From: Methanobacteriota archaeon
GTDB taxonomy: Archaea; Thermoplasmatota; Poseidoniia; Poseidoniales; Poseidoniaceae
Direction of reading: 5' to 3'
Assembly (NCBI GenBank): GCA_018650165.1
Contig: JABIGM010000064.1
Span: 1 to 55,667, forward strand
Length of the DNA stretch: 55,667 bases
Made by a program: the position numbers and the translations under genes. This document shows positions 50,024 through 55,667 of the stretch, piece by piece; within the stretch, counting starts at the first letter, position 1; the number at the start of each line of letters is the position of its first letter. Under the pieces are notes generated by a model. The model saw nothing but the letters and a program-made list of their open reading frames with translations, was not told where the DNA came from and made no database searches.

Positions 50024-50749
50024 ATGCGCACCGCTTTAGTGACCGGAGGGGGCCGCGGAATCGGAGCCGCTATCTCGAAAAGGTTAGCGAAAGATGGTTA
50101 CAGAATCCTCCTAACTTACTGTAATTCCTCAAAACCTGCTGAAATGGTAGTGGACGAAATTAGAAATTCGGGTATAGATGCTGTAGCAGTAAATTGTGAT
50201 GTAACCGACGCTAGAGAAGTTGCATTACTGGCAACACATCCATGGGTATCGACAGGTATTGAAGTTCTAGTCATAAACCATGGCAGATACGACCGTATAG
50301 ATGCCAAAGAACTCGATATTGATCACTTGAGGCGAACGATGTCAACCAACTTCGAAGGTGCTTTTTTGGTATGGGAGGCGATTAAGACTAACCTTGTCAG
50401 TAATGCCAGGATTTGTGTAATTGGTAGTCAATTAGGAACAAGGGGCTCCGCACACGGAGCAGACTATTCCGCCTCGAAGGCAGCTCTAGCAACGTGGGCT
50501 CGCTCCCTAGCACAATCACTTGCTCCTGAAGGCAAGAGGGTAAACATTGTCGCACCAGGCTTTGTCGACACAGATATTCTGGCAGGCGATAGTGAAGAAA
50601 AACGCTCTAGTAGAGAGGCAGAAGTCCCTCTAAAAAGAATTGGAACCCCCGAAGATATTGCAGGGACTGTCTCATTCCTAGTTGGTGAAGAATCAGATTA
50701 TATCACCGGTGCGGTGATACACGTTAATGGTGGGTTGTATCTCCCATAG
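50024..50749 (+). CDS. Short-chain dehydrogenase/reductase (FabG-like)
   Basis: TGGGRGIG, YSASK, NIVAPGFVDT. Confidence 0.9.
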   Translation: MRTALVTGGGRGIGAAISKRLAKDGYRILLTYCNSSKPAEMVVDEIRNSGIDAVAVNCDVTDAREVALLATHPWVSTGIEVLVINHGRYDRIDAKELDIDHLRRTMSTNFEGAFLVWEAIKTNLVSNARICVIGSQLGTRGSAHGADYSASKAALATWARSLAQSLAPEGKRVNIVAPGFVDTDILAGDSEEKRSSREAEVPLKRIGTPEDIAGTVSFLVGEESDYITGAVIHVNGGLYLP

Positions 50750-50760
50750 GTTGTGAGAAT

Positions 50761-53046
50761 ATGAGTGACCCCTTCGACATATCGAAGGCCCTTGAAGGGG
50801 CGATAAAGGACCACTTGTCGCCCGAGATATCCCGATTTAGTTTACACTCTGAACATCTACCCGCTGGCGACCAAGAAAGTGCAATTGAGAAAATGGTTTT
50901 GCAATTGGAAAATAACCAATCGAGATGTGTGCTATTGGGCGTTACCGGCTCTGGCAAAACATTCGCAATGGCTCACATTATTGAGCGCCTAAATATTCCT
51001 ACTTTGATAATGAGCCACAACAAAACACTAGCGCGCCAATTGCATCAAGAGATGTCTGGATTATTTCCTGTAAATCGTGTCGAGTATTTTGTCTCTCACT
51101 ACGACTATTACCAACCTGAAGCATACTTACCAAAGAGGGATTTGTATATTGATAAAGAACTCTCAATCAATGAAAGAATCGAACAAGAACGGTTTGCAAC
51201 AGTCGCAAGTTTGGTTAGCCGCCCCGATTGTATCGTAGTTTCTTCCGTCTCCTGTATTTACGGATTAAACGCACCTGAAACATTCCTAGAATATCATTGT
51301 CGGACACATGTAGGTCAAACCATCGAACCGATAGATCTGATTAGAGAACTGGTTGCATTACAATATAATCGAACGACAACTGATCTCAAGCGAGGAGAAG
51401 TACGCCTACGCGGAGAAAACCTAGATATTTGGATGCCAAGTAGGGACGACCCTTTGCGAATTAGATTCGGATTTGATGGCGTTGAACACATACAAATTTG
51501 TGACCCGATTACATGGGAAATTCTTGATGAACTGGATGAGGCGTGGATTCACCCCAAAGAATTCTTCATGGTGTCCCCTGAAAGATTCGAAGCAGCCCTC
51601 GAGAATATTGAAACTGAACTTGATGGCCAAGTTGCTGGACTAAAAAGCGAAGGAAAGGACCTAGAAGCAAATCGCCTAGAACAACGAACAAGGTACGACC
51701 TTGAAATGCTTCGTGAGATTGGACACTGTACTGCTGTTGAAAACTATTCTATGCACTTTGATGGGCGCAATCATGGTGAGCGCCCGTATTGTTTACTGGA
51801 TTTCTTTGCAGCTGCTGCAAAGCAATTCCATGGCAATCCAGATAAATTTCTTGTGATAATGGATGAGTCACATGTAACGCTACCCCAGGTTGGCGGGATG
51901 TATGCGGGAGACAGGAGTCGGAAATTGAACTTAATTGAACATGGATTCAGGCTACCTTCTGCAGCTGATAATCGACCACTAAAAATTAATGAATTTCAAG
52001 AATTAGTTCCCCAGATGGTGTATGTTAGTGCCACGCCTGGTGAAAGAGAACTCCTACATCTCTGTGAAGTCACGGGTCAAGATGCCCCATTAGGGCTACG
52101 CCATATGGCCGGAGGCGGTGGCGTCGATACCCCCGAATATCCAAAGAAACACCCTGATTCAGAAAGTATGTACGACATGCTGCAGATAATAGAGGATATA
52201 CCACGTATGGAGATTCGACCTACTGGCCTACTTGACCCACTTATCGAAGTTAGGAATACCGAGGGGCAGATTGCCGACCTAATGTCGGAAATAAATTCAA
52301 GAATAGCGAAAGGTGAGCGGGCCTTAGTTACTGTTCTAACAATAAAATTCGCCGAAGAGGTTGCACAGTACCTCAATAAGATGGGAATCAAGGCTCACCA
52401 TCTACATTCAGAAATAGATACGATTGAGAGAACTGAAATCATCAATGCCCTACGAATAGGACACATTGATACAATCGTTGGAATAAATCTTCTCAGAGAA
52501 GGATTAGACATTCCGGAAGTTAGTTTGGTTGCGATCTTTGATGCTGACCGTCAAGGATTCCTAAGAAATGAAAGAAGCCTTCTGCAAACAATCGGTCGAG
52601 CCGCTAGAAACTCAAATGGCAAAGTCATCCTCTATGCTGATTCTATGAGCCCTCCAATGACTGCAGCAATACGTCAAACACTTGAACGAAGAGAAAGACA
52701 AACTGCCCATAATGAAAAACATGGAATAATCCCCTCTACGATTCAAAAAGCCCTGCCGCAAATGGGCAGCGATATTGACGAATTAATCGCTGGAACTTCT
52801 GGTGGCAAACGATTAGTGGGCTCTAAAGGTGGAAGGAAAGGTGGAGATTGGGCGAGTAATCTCAACGTTGGAGCCGGGCAATGGGCTCGCTCTAATTCAG
52901 TGACCAGTAACATTTCTCAACCAATTGAAGAAACTAATTTTTCAATTGAAGAATTAAAGGCAATGATGCAGCAAGCAGCATTAGAACTTGACTTCGAAAG
53001 AGCAGCAATGTTACGTGATATGATAGTGGAAATTGAATCACCATGA
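50761..53046 (+). CDS. uvrB: Excinuclease ABC subunit B
   Basis: GVTGSGKT, HNKTLA, YDYYQPEAY, DESH, SATPG, NLLREGLD, QTIGRAARN, C-terminal UVR (LDFERAAMLRD). Confidence 0.97.
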   Translation: MSDPFDISKALEGAIKDHLSPEISRFSLHSEHLPAGDQESAIEKMVLQLENNQSRCVLLGVTGSGKTFAMAHIIERLNIPTLIMSHNKTLARQLHQEMSGLFPVNRVEYFVSHYDYYQPEAYLPKRDLYIDKELSINERIEQERFATVASLVSRPDCIVVSSVSCIYGLNAPETFLEYHCRTHVGQTIEPIDLIRELVALQYNRTTTDLKRGEVRLRGENLDIWMPSRDDPLRIRFGFDGVEHIQICDPITWEILDELDEAWIHPKEFFMVSPERFEAALENIETELDGQVAGLKSEGKDLEANRLEQRTRYDLEMLREIGHCTAVENYSMHFDGRNHGERPYCLLDFFAAAAKQFHGNPDKFLVIMDESHVTLPQVGGMYAGDRSRKLNLIEHGFRLPSAADNRPLKINEFQELVPQMVYVSATPGERELLHLCEVTGQDAPLGLRHMAGGGGVDTPEYPKKHPDSESMYDMLQIIEDIPRMEIRPTGLLDPLIEVRNTEGQIADLMSEINSRIAKGERALVTVLTIKFAEEVAQYLNKMGIKAHHLHSEIDTIERTEIINALRIGHIDTIVGINLLREGLDIPEVSLVAIFDADRQGFLRNERSLLQTIGRAARNSNGKVILYADSMSPPMTAAIRQTLERRERQTAHNEKHGIIPSTIQKALPQMGSDIDELIAGTSGGKRLVGSKGGRKGGDWASNLNVGAGQWARSNSVTSNISQPIEETNFSIEELKAMMQQAALELDFERAAMLRDMIVEIESP

Positions 53047-53089
53047 CATAGTCATGGGTTTCATATGCGAAAGCCGCACGCCATCATTC

Positions 53090-54094
53090 ATGGGAATAGA
53101 CCCTGAGTCTTTTGACAAGCCCGTCGAAGACTATGATTTTGCGAAACTAACTGACGCTAGTTCGCTCATTGACCAGATGGCCTCCGCCGGTGGTTTCACT
53201 GCGACTAAACTCGCATACGCACGAGAGATTCTCACAAGTATGAAATCAGAACTCAATGAAGTGGATGGTGATGCTAGTAAAGTCACAAATTGGTTGTCAT
53301 TTCCTGCATGCCTCTGTGCAACGGGCACGAGGGGTTTCTTCGTCGAAGCAATAAAGCGAAAAATGTTCAATGTTGTTTCGACAACATGTGGCATGCTTGA
53401 CCATGATATTGCTAGGTCACACAAGCACTACTACCATGGATCATTTGAATTGGACGATATTGAACTGGGTGAACACCAGTTGATGCGACTTGGAAATGTG
53501 ATTGTTCCGAACTCGAGTTATGGTGAAATTATTGAAGCTGTAGTTATGCCTGTTCTTGAAGAAATTCGCAAGGATAGGCTCGCTGAAACTGGAAAACAGG
53601 GAGCAGATGCCTGGCTTGGATTCGGCTCTATACATCTTGTTTGGGAACTGGGCAAGCGTATAGGAACACCCGATTCCCTAATCTATTGGGCTTACAAAAA
53701 TCAAGTCCCCGTTTGTATCCCGGGAATTACTGATGGAAGTATTGGTGCACAATTATTCATGTTTAGACAGAAATACAGAGATTTCCACATCGATACACTT
53801 GCTGATGAACAAGTAATGAGTGACCTAACGTGGGATGTTGAGAAATCAAACGCCCTCATGGTAGGAGGAGGAATTTCCAAGCATCACGTTATTTGGTGGA
53901 ACCAATACCGCGGAGGACTTGATTCCGCCGTATACATCACTACAGCACCAGAACACGATGGGAGCCTTTCAGGTGCTCGTCTTCGTGAAGCAATTAGTTG
54001 GGGAAAAATGCGTCCTGAGGCGCCTAATGTCTGTGTGGAGGGTGATGCTTCAGTATTACTACCTCTGCTTGGAAGTGATTTATTCGGTGAGTGA
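53090..54094 (+). CDS. dys: Deoxyhypusine synthase
   Basis: GGFTATKL, PGITDGSIG, GGGISKHH, DGSLSGA, EAISWGK with the active Lys. Start ATG 53090. Confidence 0.93.
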   Translation: MGIDPESFDKPVEDYDFAKLTDASSLIDQMASAGGFTATKLAYAREILTSMKSELNEVDGDASKVTNWLSFPACLCATGTRGFFVEAIKRKMFNVVSTTCGMLDHDIARSHKHYYHGSFELDDIELGEHQLMRLGNVIVPNSSYGEIIEAVVMPVLEEIRKDRLAETGKQGADAWLGFGSIHLVWELGKRIGTPDSLIYWAYKNQVPVCIPGITDGSIGAQLFMFRQKYRDFHIDTLADEQVMSDLTWDVEKSNALMVGGGISKHHVIWWNQYRGGLDSAVYITTAPEHDGSLSGARLREAISWGKMRPEAPNVCVEGDASVLLPLLGSDLFGE

Positions 54095-54095
54095 A

Positions 54096-55529
54096 ATGCG
54101 AACAATATTTCTTTCATTATTGATGGTAAGTGCATCACTAGCAGGATGCTTTGGCGATGATGAAAAGGAAGATATCGTAGCGACACCTTCGGTTTGGAAT
54201 TTTGAAAAACCTGATTTAACGTGGTACCATTTCCCTGGTGGAACCGATGCGTGGGGTAATGATGAGTTCGAATATACTGATAGAAACACCCCGTATGAAG
54301 CGGTTGGAACCTACTACGGAATAGGTATGTCAACGTTTGAGCCAACTATGGGGATTACACAAAATGACATGATGGTAATGAGTTCTTACGGGAATGGGCC
54401 TGCTGGCTCAACCGCAATTATTTCTTGTGACCTCATTGGAATGCACGATGTTTTGGATTACAATTGTGAAAATATCTATGACCCTTTTCTCCCGATTGCA
54501 AATTCCAATGACCCTTACATCTATGTTGACCCATGGACTAGTAGAATCATGAAATTCGATATGCATGCTTTGCTAGGAATGACTGTTGAATGGTCAGATG
54601 ATGAAGGTGCTAGTTGGAATGGCCCAAGTGTAGCAACACAAATTTACTCTGTTCAAGACCACCAAACAATCGCTAGTAGCAACATGCCCGCATTATTACA
54701 CCCAACTACCTGGATGTTCTGTATTAACGGAAATGCGCCACATCCACTCTGCTCTTCAAGTCAAGATGGAGGCGCTACATGGGGTCCTGAAACCTCAGGT
54801 GCTCCAGTTACCTGCAATTCAGGCGGCCTTTCAGCCCATTTAGTAGGGAGTGTTGATGGAAACTTCTACCGTGGAAACAAGGGATGTTCTGGAGATGGAT
54901 ATTCGGTATTTAGAACAACAAATGCCGGAATCAGTTGGACAGAGCATGTTCTACCAACTACTGAGACTGGTATCGCCAATACTTGGAATGCTGAAGAAGC
55001 TCAAGTCGAAGTCGATAGTGAAGGAAATGTCCATGCAATGTGGATGGGATTGGATAACATGCCATACTGGTCATATTCTGTGGACCAAGGCGATACATGG
55101 TCTAATGCCACAATGATCGCTCCGCCAATCAACCTTTCAGGCACAGGGTTCCCAGTTGTTGTTGCAGGTGACGCAGGAACTGTTGCATTCGGTTACGTGG
55201 GTGAGACTGAAGGAGATGAAGAAACATGGAATGCATACCTCACTTATACCACAGATGCGTTTAACGAAACTCCTCTTCTCACAACGGTTCAACTCAACAC
55301 CGAAGGAGATCCAATCGACATAGAAAACGACTGTGGCTACAACCGATGTGGCGGGCTTGGTGACTTCTTAGACATCAGAGTCGATGCATATGGCCGTACT
55401 TGGTTCGCATTGTCGCACAACTTGGCAGACAAGGGAATCTTCGCTACAATTAGTTCAGGGCCAAGTCTTCGTGGTGAAAATATCACTATGCTTCCAGATA
55501 TGCCACTAGGTGGAATACAGACTCTTTGA
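54096..55529 (+). CDS. Lipoprotein with Asp-box (BNR) repeats, sialidase-like beta-propeller
   Basis: MRTIFLSLLMVSASLAGC lipobox; WSDDEGASW, SSQDGGATW, RTTNAGISW, YSVDQGDTW. Confidence 0.8.
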   Translation: MRTIFLSLLMVSASLAGCFGDDEKEDIVATPSVWNFEKPDLTWYHFPGGTDAWGNDEFEYTDRNTPYEAVGTYYGIGMSTFEPTMGITQNDMMVMSSYGNGPAGSTAIISCDLIGMHDVLDYNCENIYDPFLPIANSNDPYIYVDPWTSRIMKFDMHALLGMTVEWSDDEGASWNGPSVATQIYSVQDHQTIASSNMPALLHPTTWMFCINGNAPHPLCSSSQDGGATWGPETSGAPVTCNSGGLSAHLVGSVDGNFYRGNKGCSGDGYSVFRTTNAGISWTEHVLPTTETGIANTWNAEEAQVEVDSEGNVHAMWMGLDNMPYWSYSVDQGDTWSNATMIAPPINLSGTGFPVVVAGDAGTVAFGYVGETEGDEETWNAYLTYTTDAFNETPLLTTVQLNTEGDPIDIENDCGYNRCGGLGDFLDIRVDAYGRTWFALSHNLADKGIFATISSGPSLRGENITMLPDMPLGGIQTL

Positions 55530-55631
55530 GCCGCAACATCCATTGCAAAGGGTAGCGTCTGTATCGACCCACTGAATCCCCTTTGTATCGGGAAATAAAA
55601 TTCAAAGGGGTTTCGGATGACCCCTTGCAAC

Positions 55632-55667
55632 TTATCCGAATCGGTTTGTTGATACACCGTATTCATC
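55632..55667 (-). CDS. Possible 3' end of a gene entering from outside the window (...DEYGVSTNRFG*)
   Basis: Only 11 codons are visible; this frame is the most compact convergent option. Confidence 0.25.
   Translation of the reverse strand, partial: DEYGVSTNRFG

Noticed and set aside
53033-53089. Extended N-termini from the ORF track for dys (53033) and the lipoprotein (53919)
   Set aside because: They overlap upstream genes; ATG 53090 and ATG 54096 give normal N-termini
1530-54345. Numerous 60-220 aa alternative-frame ORFs (e.g. 1530..1994, 4507..5079, 9094..9711, 26018..26554, 46759..47208)
   Set aside because: All lie within confidently assigned genes and show the S/I/P-rich composition of antisense shadows
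55337-55666. 109-aa minus-strand ORF
   Set aside because: Would overlap the lipoprotein by about 190 nt antisense; no family signal. Cannot be fully excluded at the window edge.
1-55667. tRNA, rRNA, CRISPR array, transposase/integrase
   Set aside because: No cloverleaf with T-loop GTTCRA in any spacer, no periodic repeat-spacer array, no DDE/Y1/tyrosine recombinase motifs; spacers are mostly under 120 nt

Overview
Gene-dense, moderately AT-rich archaeal chromosomal segment, most consistent with Marine Group II Euryarchaeota (Ca. Poseidoniales, Thermoplasmatota). The assignment is inferred from the mix of archaeal genes (thermosome, CDC48, deoxyhypusine synthase, GGR, DUF63, long FKBP) and bacterial-type genes (DnaK, TGS-type ThrRS, UvrB, liu carboxylase), the LAGC lipoprotein and GAGGTGA Shine-Dalgarno sites. 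About 40 CDSs cover heat shock (hsp20-dnaK divergent from a variant thermosome), pyrimidine synthesis (pyrG, pyrBI), tRNA thiolation, an actinobacterial Sdh1-like (type F) succinate dehydrogenase, leucine catabolism, CcmF, late menaquinone steps (UbiD/UbiA), NER and hypusination. No tRNA, rRNA, CRISPR array or transposase was found. The best leads are: (1) a Roadblock/LC7 gene plus a 1040-aa PATAN-like/Roadblock/coiled-coil gene with no adjacent GTPase; (2) a convergent CDC48-PRC-barrel-DUF4350-DUF58-membrane run lacking the usual MoxR, where CDC48 also lacks HbYX; (3) a family of GC-rich triloop hairpins (CCC-GTA-GGG core) at gene 5' ends; (4) four convergent gene pairs whose stops abut exactly as TAATCA/TGATTA; (5) a multi-stem structured intergenic element at the window end. 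All family calls come from motif recognition, not database searches.
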